Of a stretch of DNA of 64,000 nucleotides, positions 48,863 to 59,000 are shown in pieces; position 1 is the first letter of the stretch, and each line of letters starts with the position of its first letter. The notes beneath the pieces were generated by a model that saw only the letters and a program-made list of their open reading frames with translations, ran no database searches and was not told the DNA's origin. Source of the DNA: a virus (lineage: Duplodnaviria > Caudoviricetes). Position numbers and translations under genes: made by a program. Where the stretch lies: positions 64,001-128,000 of IMG/VR virus record IMGVR_UViG_3300029288_000079; one strand, written 5' to 3'.

Positions 48863-50212
48863 CTATATATTAGCTGAGAAATGCCCCGAGTAACCTTTTT
48901 CTTTTGACCACAAGTAACCTTCTGCAGCTCTAGTACTCTTTACATAACCTTTCTTAAAATGCCAAGAGTCAGTACCTGAAAGACTTGGTAGAGTCCTTAC
49001 TGTTACAGATCCATAACTATCATCCATACCGTAAGCCATTCTTTTCCTAGTATGCGTATGTCCAATATGCCACTCCTTACTTATACAATCCGCCCATGCT
49101 TCTGAAGCCTCATCAGCCATTAATGTAGGTAACATGCTATGTTTCTCATCATCTCCATGAGTAAATCCTATAAGACATCTCCCGTAATGAACATACTTTC
49201 TTGGAGAGGGAGATACATCTACGATAACATTATTTACACCCTTATACCAAGCCGCTAACTCTCTTACTAGGTGATATGAAGATGTTCGATCATGATTTCC
49301 TGGAACCCATAGAATATCTACTGGTGCAATAGCTCTTAAATAATCAATAGCATTTACACAAGCCAAAACTCCTTTAGCAAATATTTTAGGATACCTAGAA
49401 TCAACGTCTTGAGGTGTGTCATTTACAGTAGTATTTCGTGCATTGTCTATATGAAAGAAGTCTTGACCCACAGGAAATAGAATCTTTTCTATAGGAAATC
49501 CCTTTGTCTTAGAACAAAGCTCTACTACAGCATCATGATATATTTTTTCAGCTATTTTCATATCGTAGTCAGTACCTGTTTCTTTTCCCCAAGCAAGCTT
49601 TCCAAAGTGAAGATCAAATATACTAATCTCCAGTAGATGTTTATCCTTTACAGGTTTAGGTGTCTGAATTTTAGTATACTTAGGAAAATGTTTCTTTGCT
49701 TCTTTAAGTAATTCATCCAAACCATCAGACACTTTTTTGTCCACTTTTCTTCTAAGCCATACTTTAACTTGCCACAAAGGTTGGGTGAGCCATTCATTCT
49801 TTCTTATAGAATGTCCATCCATAATACCTTTATCCCATTTCAAATTTTGATCTCTATATTTTGCTCCCACCTCCCATTTATTTATAACATATCTATCTAC
49901 TTCCCAAATACCCGTATCTACGTTACCCGCCTTCAGTGCATCTTCCAAAGTTTTTATAGAGTGAGATACTGAAACTAAAGATTTCTGATTATCATTACCC
50001 TCTTCTGTAAAATTCTCTTGTGGCTTCTCAATAATACTCCGTAATTTTTCTGCAAAAGGTTTCTTCAATCTCCTCGCCCTGTGATCTCCACATTTAAACC
50101 TTCCCATCAACTCATCAATTGTTACAGTCGGGTCTTTTTCAATAAATTCTATTATTTCTTTATCCGATGCTGTTTTCACATTTGATTTAGATTCCATCTC
50201 TATACCTTCCAT
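48863..50212 (-). CDS. Metallophosphoesterase / Mre11-SbcD-like nuclease with N-terminal HTH-like extension
   Basis: DLHFG, GQDFFH.D, PGNHD, THGD, GHTH motifs. Confidence 0.85.
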   Translation of the reverse strand: MEGIEMESKSNVKTASDKEIIEFIEKDPTVTIDELMGRFKCGDHRARRLKKPFAEKLRSIIEKPQENFTEEGNDNQKSLVSVSHSIKTLEDALKAGNVDTGIWEVDRYVINKWEVGAKYRDQNLKWDKGIMDGHSIRKNEWLTQPLWQVKVWLRRKVDKKVSDGLDELLKEAKKHFPKYTKIQTPKPVKDKHLLEISIFDLHFGKLAWGKETGTDYDMKIAEKIYHDAVVELCSKTKGFPIEKILFPVGQDFFHIDNARNTTVNDTPQDVDSRYPKIFAKGVLACVNAIDYLRAIAPVDILWVPGNHDRTSSYHLVRELAAWYKGVNNVIVDVSPSPRKYVHYGRCLIGFTHGDDEKHSMLPTLMADEASEAWADCISKEWHIGHTHTRKRMAYGMDDSYGSVTVRTLPSLSGTDSWHFKKGYVKSTRAAEGYLWSKEKGYSGHFSANI

Positions 50213-50264
50213 TTAGTTTTAGTTAGAAACGGATCCATTCGCTCCTCCGTTTCAGTTCATATAC

Positions 50265-50498
50265 TTACTGTAATTTTATTGTATTATCCTTTACTGATTG
50301 TAAACATCTTGTAAGAAAGTCTATAGCACATTCTTTTGCTGTTTTATAATAATGTGATGAAACATACTCTGTCCCAGGTATTATCCAATAATAGCTATCT
50401 GAATTATGCCTAATTCGCTCCTCTGATTGATAAATTTCAAAAGAAATTATCCTATTATCTTCCATAAAAGTTTTCCTCCATATACTGTTCTTAATCAT
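50265..50498 (-). CDS. Hypothetical protein
   Basis: GAAGG and GGAGG SD candidates. Confidence 0.5.
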   Translation of the reverse strand: MIKNSIWRKTFMEDNRIISFEIYQSEERIRHNSDSYYWIIPGTEYVSSHYYKTAKECAIDFLTRCLQSVKDNTIKLQ

Positions 50499-50530
50499 AT
50501 ACCTTCCTATATATTTATATACCTTTGTAT

Positions 50531-50559
50531 ATAATACTTACTACACAACATTCTTACAA
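50531..50559 (-). promoter_or_regulatory. Sigma70-like promoter
   Basis: TTGTAA-N17-TATTAT in an intergenic gap. Confidence 0.5.
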
Positions 50560-50568
50560 CCTACAAAT

Positions 50569-50895
50569 CTATACACTATCTATTAACCAAGAATAGTCAA
50601 ATGAATCAATAAAACTAATATCCATATCAAATCCAAGTAATCTAATTTTAATATGAGGTTGACCAAGTTTAACAGGATCTAAAATGACCACATCCAAATC
50701 TGAATCATTTCTGTAATCCCCAAAAATTCTACTACCAAATAATTTAATATCAGAAACATCATACCCAAATTTTCTAGATATATTATTCTTTATATCTAAA
50801 ATAGACCTCCCATTTAACCCAAGATGTTCAAAATCTTTAGAAACTTTAAATATTTGTCTCCACCTAACCATAGTATACCCTATTGTAAAGAACAA
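50569..50895 (-). CDS. Minimal pol-beta-type nucleotidyltransferase (start probably MVRWRQIF at 50871)
   Basis: LFGSR..G.....SDLDV motif plus distal D. Confidence 0.85.
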   Translation of the reverse strand: MFFTIGYTMVRWRQIFKVSKDFEHLGLNGRSILDIKNNISRKFGYDVSDIKLFGSRIFGDYRNDSDLDVVILDPVKLGQPHIKIRLLGFDMDISFIDSFDYSWLIDSV

Positions 50896-52316
50896 GCACT
50901 ACTAATATCACCATCTTTAATCAACATATCATACATATCCAAAACATTGTCTCGACCTAACTCTTTATAAAGTCTACGCAGATATTCGTCCCTGCCCTCA
51001 TCTTGTTGACGAGCATATTTCTCCAGTACTATAGCATCCTTAAATGCAGGAGAGGCCACAACAGATAGTTCAAAGAATGATAATTCATGATTAATTTCTA
51101 AATTTCTAGCTATAACATATCTGCTACTTGTACCGTTTAGTACTTCTTGTATATCTCGCTGACTAGACAAAATATGGGGTAGCCATTCCGGACGTAAATG
51201 TTCACTATCAAGAAGATCTCTTATTTGATTTGCAGATACACTTGTAAGCCTACCCTTGTTGCCCTGCTTCATATGAGTACAATAATCTGAACTATAACGA
51301 GCTTTTGTATTACAAACTGAGCAAGTAGAATAGTTTACATTACAATTATGGACAATAATACCTCCCGCAACATAACTATGATCATGCTCTACTTCGAAAT
51401 TATATACATTACCATCATAATCAATTTCTTCTATATTGTCAACATAAAATCTGATAAGACTCATAGTACTATCAAACCCCATTACCTTATTATCTATAGC
51501 AAGGTCCCCAGCCTCTATCCAATATACTTCTTCAATTTTATAGTCATAATCAGTAGCCACTGGATGCTCTAAGGTAATAATTATTGGTTTATCACTACTT
51601 GGAGTTATAATTTTTAAAGCCTTACCTTTATATTGTCGAATCATTGTTTCAGTTACCTTTTGTATTGCTCCTGTATGGGATATGACTGAATCTCCCACCG
51701 ATACAGATTCTATTGGCATAGAAGACTTATCGGCCATAGTTACCAAAGCTCCTGGAGCAAAACATCCCATTGAACATGTTAAATTTTGTCCAGTGTCAAT
51801 CATACGAACAATACGTTCTAGTAACTCCTTGGTCTTCCTATCATGACTAGCAGACTTAACTAATTGGGTATCAATTCTCATTAATACTTCTATGTCCCCA
51901 AGAGTTTGGTCTTTAGCTTCTAATATATTTTTACGAAGTACATCTTGCTTTCTAGATAGCAATGATGCCCATTTCTTTTCTTTAACTTCCTCTGGATAAT
52001 TAAATCTATTCAGAAAAGCATCCGGAAGATCACCAATAGAACCACGAAGACCAAGTTTTGAATTATGTTCCGCGTGACTTTTTTTACCAATAAAACTTTT
52101 ATACCCATACCCAGGACGTTCATCTTCAAAATATTCATAAGGAAACGCATCAGCATTTCCGTTGGCCCCTGACTTTTCGAAATTTCCAATGGCTCTAAAA
52201 CGAAGATATCTGAATTCGTTTGTGTCTAATGGTAAAATTCTTTTCTCGTACTTAGCTGCTTGCCTAGATGTCAAAGGCTGAGGTTTAATAATTTGATTAC
52301 ATACTTTAACTAACAT
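50880..52316 (-). CDS. Prohead maturation protease containing an intein
   Basis: NGNADAF, H.EH, SMG|C..CSVC..C.H, FFELSVV..PA motifs; AGGTGA SD before ATG 52316. Confidence 0.8.
   Translation of the reverse strand: MLVKVCNQIIKPQPLTSRQAAKYEKRILPLDTNEFRYLRFRAIGNFEKSGANGNADAFPYEYFEDERPGYGYKSFIGKKSHAEHNSKLGLRGSIGDLPDAFLNRFNYPEEVKEKKWASLLSRKQDVLRKNILEAKDQTLGDIEVLMRIDTQLVKSASHDRKTKELLERIVRMIDTGQNLTCSMGCFAPGALVTMADKSSMPIESVSVGDSVISHTGAIQKVTETMIRQYKGKALKIITPSSDKPIIITLEHPVATDYDYKIEEVYWIEAGDLAIDNKVMGFDSTMSLIRFYVDNIEEIDYDGNVYNFEVEHDHSYVAGGIIVHNCNVNYSTCSVCNTKARYSSDYCTHMKQGNKGRLTSVSANQIRDLLDSEHLRPEWLPHILSSQRDIQEVLNGTSSRYVIARNLEINHELSFFELSVVASPAFKDAIVLEKYARQQDEGRDEYLRRLYKELGRDNVLDMYDMLIKDGDISSACSLQ
51345..51764 (-). 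mobile_element. Mini-intein (140 aa, no endonuclease)
   Basis: C1 CFAPGA, block B TLEHP, block F VYNFEV, terminal VHN followed by +1 Cys. Confidence 0.92.
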
Positions 52317-54057
52317 TTTTATCACCTGTAGTTTGTAGAAATTGATCCATTGTATATGGAGTAAAATCATTGGCAAATATTACAGCTACATCATCACTTG
52401 TAAAATTATTACATATTAATCTATCTAAACAATCTACAAGCTTATCAAACTCATCAGAAAATTCTTCAGGCTTATAGTCAGGGTTCCAGAATACAACAGC
52501 GTTAGTTCCCGCCCTACCTACAAAAGCATTTTTATAATCATTCAAATCAATATTAATATCAGGTATATCTCTATGTAAATCACCTTTACGACCAAAGCTT
52601 AATTTTCCATTTTCATAAAAAAATGGAATACCTTGAACACCTGCTAGCATAGATTTAGGTATATTAGAGTGTTTTGATAAAGAAGATTGTTTATTATTAG
52701 CAAGCTCTAAATCACTACCAAATATAATATAAGTATACCCATTATGTACTAAAGGTTCCACCTCATATATCATTTTTCCAGTCTTATTATGAACATCTTC
52801 TGGATATATCTCATGAATTACTTTATATTTCTTATGATATTCCAGTCTTTCATATTTATATTTACCTTCTATATCTAATATAATATCATCCCCTTCTTCA
52901 TCAAAAATAGCAGCAGGATCAGTGTCACGAATTTTAGTAACAATATCACCTATAATAAATTCCTGTTCTAAGTCTGGTATATCCCAGCTTAATGATCCGA
53001 ATTTATCCGAAAGATAATCTTGAATACTGCCATAAAATAACTCCTTATGCACACCATTGGCAGTGATTACAACCTTAGTTGCATCTGTCTTACGCAAAAA
53101 CTCTATTATAAAACCCTTCTGATTTCCTATGACACCTTTATTCCAAACTTCAAAATAAATAACCCCCTCTTGCAAATTACTTCGAACCCATCCCTTATTT
53201 AAAAGATACTCTTGAGGTTTAACATTATATTCACTGTTACCTGCATCCATTATACCTGAAGCCTCTTCTTCATAGTTAGGATAGAATTTTAATATCAAAG
53301 GTATAGCAGACTTGGTGTGATCATCCAAAGCATCAAAATTATCCCCCATAGGAGATATCCAACACCTACTATAGTCTGTTGTATATCCATTATAAAGAGT
53401 TATAGGATTCTCAACCTCAATATCTGGAACATCCCAGCTTAAATTCATATTCTGTTTCGGAAAGGAATAAAGTTCAGCTTTGCCAGAATCACCTGTTTTT
53501 CTTGAGTCAGTGATAATATGTTTAGATTTATCTTTTAAAAGATTGTGTCTATAATTAACCATATGTTCACCAACATCTGTTTGAATATTACCATGTATTT
53601 CTAACCCAGGATAATTTTTCTGCACATAATCTACAAACATTTTTTGCATCTGTTTTCCATATCCCTGATTTCTATACTCCGGCAATATATAAAAAGTAAT
53701 TACTTTTATAATTGGCTCATTTAAATCTTTCGAAGATTTTTCTATAGCAAATCCTAACAACCCAACATCTAGACCATTATCAATTAATACTAAAGCATTA
53801 AGGGCATAAACATAGTGTTTAAAAAAATCAGACCCTTTACTACCCCCCTCGGCATCTTTATTTTCTACAAACTCATGCCCCGGCATTCTCTTTACAGTTT
53901 CTTCAGGAAGTACATAATTATCTTTATTACCATAAGGATGCTCCCATGATAACCAACCTCTAAAAAAAGATTGATCTATAGGTTTTAAATTTTTCAATTC
54001 CCATCGAAATCCTATGCCAGAACCATCAAAGCTTAATATATTTCTAACCTTCTCCAT
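52306..54057 (-). CDS. SWDI-linked modular protein with N-terminal GNAT acetyltransferase
   Basis: YILPEYRNQGYG acetyl-CoA motif; ILSFD, NLSWDV, SLSWDI linkers. Confidence 0.8.
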   Translation of the reverse strand: MEKVRNILSFDGSGIGFRWELKNLKPIDQSFFRGWLSWEHPYGNKDNYVLPEETVKRMPGHEFVENKDAEGGSKGSDFFKHYVYALNALVLIDNGLDVGLLGFAIEKSSKDLNEPIIKVITFYILPEYRNQGYGKQMQKMFVDYVQKNYPGLEIHGNIQTDVGEHMVNYRHNLLKDKSKHIITDSRKTGDSGKAELYSFPKQNMNLSWDVPDIEVENPITLYNGYTTDYSRCWISPMGDNFDALDDHTKSAIPLILKFYPNYEEEASGIMDAGNSEYNVKPQEYLLNKGWVRSNLQEGVIYFEVWNKGVIGNQKGFIIEFLRKTDATKVVITANGVHKELFYGSIQDYLSDKFGSLSWDIPDLEQEFIIGDIVTKIRDTDPAAIFDEEGDDIILDIEGKYKYERLEYHKKYKVIHEIYPEDVHNKTGKMIYEVEPLVHNGYTYIIFGSDLELANNKQSSLSKHSNIPKSMLAGVQGIPFFYENGKLSFGRKGDLHRDIPDINIDLNDYKNAFVGRAGTNAVVFWNPDYKPEEFSDEFDKLVDCLDRLICNNFTSDDVAVIFANDFTPYTMDQFLQTTGDKNVS

Positions 54058-56032
54058 TTATCTTCCTAAGTAATGCAATATTCTCAATTTTCTTTGCATC
54101 TAACAAACTCTTGTTTTCAAATGAAAGAGTAACATCATCTCGAGTAACATCTCCAATTACTTCTCGATGTAATTGATCCATTTGACTTGCCATTCCTGCT
54201 GGAGGAGTTTGACCTCCTGCAGATTCCGGAGGACCACCCATACCTATTGGAGCTGGTCCTAGACCATCAGCCCCACCTTCCGGACCACCTGGAGCTTCAC
54301 CCTCTGGACCACCTACACTAATATCTCCTATACCCCCAAAATCAATAGGACCACCTCCACCCCCCGCACCACCCTTTTTATTATCCTGCATAAATGGTAA
54401 CAATCCTGATTTAGATATAGTTATTAACCGCTGTTGCTTACGTCTCAAATCCTCAATATAGGCTTTTTCTTGAGTATCACGATCAAGTCTGCCAAGTCTA
54501 GCTAATGTAGCATCATCAACTAAATGTGGCCTTTTATCTACCAACCATTTTATAAAATTCTTTAAATTTTCATCTGTAGAAGCTGATAAAGATCCCCAAT
54601 CTAATTTAGGATATACATATTCACGCACTTGACGTTGTTGCTGTTGCTGAACTTCATCAGCCTTCACCTTTAAGTAACTTTTAAATTCTTTATTATCTTG
54701 AATATCACGCAGAGTAGTAAATTGTTGCCCAATCTTTTGCATAATGTCATTACCACTACCATATTTGGAAGATCTAACTCCACCATACCCTGCAACAGCA
54801 TTTTTTACACGATAGAATCCACAAAGATCAGCCGTTGTTTTAAACACACCTGAGTGAACAAAGTTTTCAATCTTTAATTGATAGTTAAGGTAACGCTGTC
54901 TTTGTACTTCCATATTTATGTACGCTTGACTGTATGACCCACCTTGACCTGCAAGTAATTGTTCATGAACTCCGAGTCCAATAAATTTCAATCGATATAT
55001 GCGATCAAGCTCGGGTCCAACAGGAAGCATTTTACCATTACTACCCACGTGTTCCACATTTATTCCATAATGGTAGAAGATTGAAAAATTGGGATCCAAT
55101 TCAAATGCAGCAAACATATTACGAACTTCCTCAAGCTCTGCATTGTCTGGCATATACCCAGAAGTTGGATCTCCGATTTTAACAAGCATCATTGGAACTG
55201 CATGGCGTGTGGCTAATGCAAAATTAGCTTGATTGAATCTATCCTCCAACATTAAGGTTTTAAGAATACGTTTAATTATACTCTTACCCTGCTGTTCATA
55301 AGGTCGTTTCGCATGAGCTATATGAAATACGTTGTTTGGGTCCAGTGGAATCTCTTGATTAAATAATACATATCTTACAATCTCGGGAGGCAGTTGATCA
55401 TATATGAATCTAGGAGTCTTTGTTTGTACTATTTTCCTCAATGTCTCATCAGGAATTAATTTGATCAATGGACGTTGATTAACCCATGTTGATTCTATCT
55501 TAACATAGTCAGGATTCAATATTGCAAATTGATCCCACATGTAATCCGCATTGTTCCACGCACCAAAGGCATAAACATTTCCTATTTCAAAATATTCTTG
55601 TGAGATATCTGTCAACATTTTAAAACCATTTATTCTCTCCCACATATCTGTAAAATGCTGCTGTATACCTGAATCCTCGCATTGCCCTAACCGTAAATCT
55701 GATAGAGGCATTTCCGCAAGCATCTTAACGGCAGCACCTACAATAGGATCAGTCTCTCCAAAGAAACGATACAGGCCATGCAAAGTTCTACTATCTGGCG
55801 GAATAGCCAATGTAGAACTAGAATAGCGAGGATCGTTGAACATTGGAGCTATACGTGTTATATCAGACGAAGCCTTAGCTCGAATCTGTGCTACCTTATC
55901 CAATGACAGATTACTACGTTGTGGTAATATTGAAGGGGTTTGAACTAATGTTGCCTCTATTCTTGCAGCCTCAATATTACTATTCGAGATATCTGTTATA
56001 ATGTGTTTGCCACCTGGTTGTAGTTTGTACAT
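54044..56032 (-). CDS. Portal protein
   Basis: YRFF..DP.V, LNPDYV, FH.A...YE..G.S.I.R, P..LVK.G; Gly/Pro-rich C-terminal tail. Confidence 0.88.
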   Translation of the reverse strand: MYKLQPGGKHIITDISNSNIEAARIEATLVQTPSILPQRSNLSLDKVAQIRAKASSDITRIAPMFNDPRYSSSTLAIPPDSRTLHGLYRFFGETDPIVGAAVKMLAEMPLSDLRLGQCEDSGIQQHFTDMWERINGFKMLTDISQEYFEIGNVYAFGAWNNADYMWDQFAILNPDYVKIESTWVNQRPLIKLIPDETLRKIVQTKTPRFIYDQLPPEIVRYVLFNQEIPLDPNNVFHIAHAKRPYEQQGKSIIKRILKTLMLEDRFNQANFALATRHAVPMMLVKIGDPTSGYMPDNAELEEVRNMFAAFELDPNFSIFYHYGINVEHVGSNGKMLPVGPELDRIYRLKFIGLGVHEQLLAGQGGSYSQAYINMEVQRQRYLNYQLKIENFVHSGVFKTTADLCGFYRVKNAVAGYGGVRSSKYGSGNDIMQKIGQQFTTLRDIQDNKEFKSYLKVKADEVQQQQQRQVREYVYPKLDWGSLSASTDENLKNFIKWLVDKRPHLVDDATLARLGRLDRDTQEKAYIEDLRRKQQRLITISKSGLLPFMQDNKKGGAGGGGGPIDFGGIGDISVGGPEGEAPGGPEGGADGLGPAPIGMGGPPESAGGQTPPAGMASQMDQLHREVIGDVTRDDVTLSFENKSLLDAKKIENIALLRKINGEG

Positions 56033-56050
56033 AACTTTACCTTTTTAGTT

Positions 56051-59000
56051 TCAAATTAATTCCATGTCTGTATAAAATATAAACCAACTATCCTTTAAAT
56101 GCGTATATGTATCCAATATTACATACCAATAATAAGGGTTTCCACATTGTTTTAATAATGTTCCTTCCGATCCTTTAGCCAAATTAACTTCAGAAATTCC
56201 TATAAAATTAAATACATCATTTTTTAGTCTAACCCTATCTCCAGCTATAAACTCATTTTCTATTATAGGTATATCCCAAGATTGTTTTTGTTCAGAATAT
56301 TGATCCACTATCTCTATATCTTTACTTAACATATATACAGAACCCTCCTCACTTATAAATACATTATATATAGGTTCCTCCAGATATTTTTTAGTTAAGC
56401 CTGCTGGACAAACTCCTTTAGCATCTCTATTTGCTTCCTCAGAATTTTTAAAAATTAAATATATATAACCTATTTTACCAATAATTGATTTTACAAAGTT
56501 AGGGTCTAAATTACCAATAGATTTAGATAATATTTTTACCTTATCCCCAACTTTGGGATCTATATCTGGTATATCCCAAGATAATCTTGGTAAAGCATTA
56601 TCATGCCTTTCCATACAATGAATAGCTAAATGTTGGAGTTCTTGTGTAGGTATACCCTCAGTCTTTTTAGATTCTTTTTTGGGTACTATAGTATCAAAGA
56701 GGTTATATTGAGAAAGGTCGATATTTTGTTCATAATTATCCTCATTAATATCCGATTCAATATAGATATTTCTTATATTATTGTCAATAGCTATCTCACT
56801 TGCACTTATATCACATGCTTCCGGAGCTATATGATCCGGTGTCTCCATATCAATATCAGGTTCTTCAGCTTCAGATTCTGGTATCAAGTTTAATTGAGTC
56901 TCCGGTTCTACAGGATCTACCCGTCTCTGCCTACGCTGTCTAGGCTGTAATTGCTCATAATTTCCTATTGGAATTCCATCCCACCCAATTTCTATTCTAT
57001 AATTAGCATCAAATTTATAAGGGTGCTCAAAATCATAATTTAGAGTATAAAGCATTTCACCCCTTTTACTAAATACACTCCCAGGAACATTAAATTTGTT
57101 TAGCCAGAAATTAATTCTAGATTTTGTTGTAGGTGTATTATAATTTCCATTATCTACTATAATTCTATCCCCATAAAATACTACAACATCAGTAGACCAG
57201 TATCTTATAGCTATACCATCTCCAAATACCCTATGCATTATGGTTTTATGGCCCACTACTCTTTCTGACTTATTCTTAAACCTTCCATTATTAGTTAATA
57301 TATTTTCAATATCTTGCATCTGCCATGCAGGAGTATTAGAAATATCCCATGCTAAAGTATTAATATTATCATCAACTTTAACTAAGGTCATAGGCATGTT
57401 AGATTCCCAAACTACAGCATAAGCTGTTTTAGGATATTTAATTTTATAGACAGGTCTTATATTACTAAAATATTTAGAATCAGCTAGATTTACAGCCCTA
57501 CTTTCTAAATTATCTTCATTATTATTAAAATCATAAATACCAAAATTTTCATAGTTTGGCCCTATATGTAAATAATTATCCCCAAGATGAGTATCATCTT
57601 TCCATACTTGCCCTGGTGCAGCTACTTCTAAGAACTCTTCTAGTGTATTTACAATATGTCCCTCTTGTAAAAATGGTATATCCCAACTATGCATATATCT
57701 TGTTTTATTTGCATTTTCTACTTGAACAAGTTCCATAGGATATGCTTCATCCATTACATAACATCTATCAGATATAGCTACAGATTTCCAATGTCGATCT
57801 TCATTACTTCCAAACCATTGACTAGATCTGATAGATAAAGCTTTACCAGCTTTAATAGCACTGATCTCACTACTATCTTCTGTAACAATAAAAATATTAG
57901 GATTGCTCTTAATATATAAGAATGATCCTAAAGTCTTACTTCTCCAGACCTGCCCGGCTCTTGCATTTTCTCTAAACTCTTTTTGACTATTTGCAATATC
58001 ACCTAATTCAGGATCTATAGATATATTCCAAGCCAATACATCTGTAGCAATTTTACCCTCTGTATCAAAATCATAATCATTAGACTCAATTAATTCTATA
58101 ATAGCTTCTTTAGATGTTAAATATTCATATTCATGTCTCAGCATAGTTAGATAATCGTCACAAAGAGCTTTTTTAAACTCATCCTCAAGATCTTCTATTG
58201 ACCCATCAATCTCATATTCATTGTCCTCTGTTCTTTCACTCTCCAATAATCTTAAACTTTCTTTAAATCTCAGTGCAGTTTTATATGTATCACAAGTATT
58301 ACCATGATCACGCATTATATCTGCAATGCATTCCGACATACTTTGAGTAAGTTCTCCTGAACAATAACTACCCCTATCAATATCGAATCCTGTTATTTTT
58401 AGTCCAATATTTGCAGCATCGTCATATGTACACTCCCACCAATCATAATCTACATTTTTATCATAAAGGTTTTCAATAGCTTTTTCCTGTATATCTTCAG
58501 GTAATTCATTATATTTATATGTAGTATCTTTATCATCGGGATCAAATATAGGAGATATATCCCATGAAAGATTTAAATTATTTCTAAATCTTAAACTACT
58601 AGTAGTTTCTTGTGTATATTCCCATATATCATTTTCTGCTTTAGCTAGTAAACTATCAAAATCAATATTTTTATTAACCTGTTCAGCAGCTCTTTTAGCA
58701 TATTTTATAGCATAAGCAGCATCAATAGCAGCATCAATAGCAGCATCAATAGCAGCATCAATAGCATAAGCAGCAGCATTAGCAACATAATAAGCAGCAG
58801 CATTAGCAACATAAGCAGCAGCATCAATAGCAGCATCATAAGCAGCATCAGCAGCAGCAGTAGCAGCATAACCAGCAGAATAAGCTTTATTTCTATTTTC
58901 TTTACTAGGATTCTTAAGACAAGCTTTTGCTGCCTCTATTGCTGCTCTAGGTCTGCTATCATTAGGATATTTAGATTCAAATATAGGTAGTACAGCTTCT

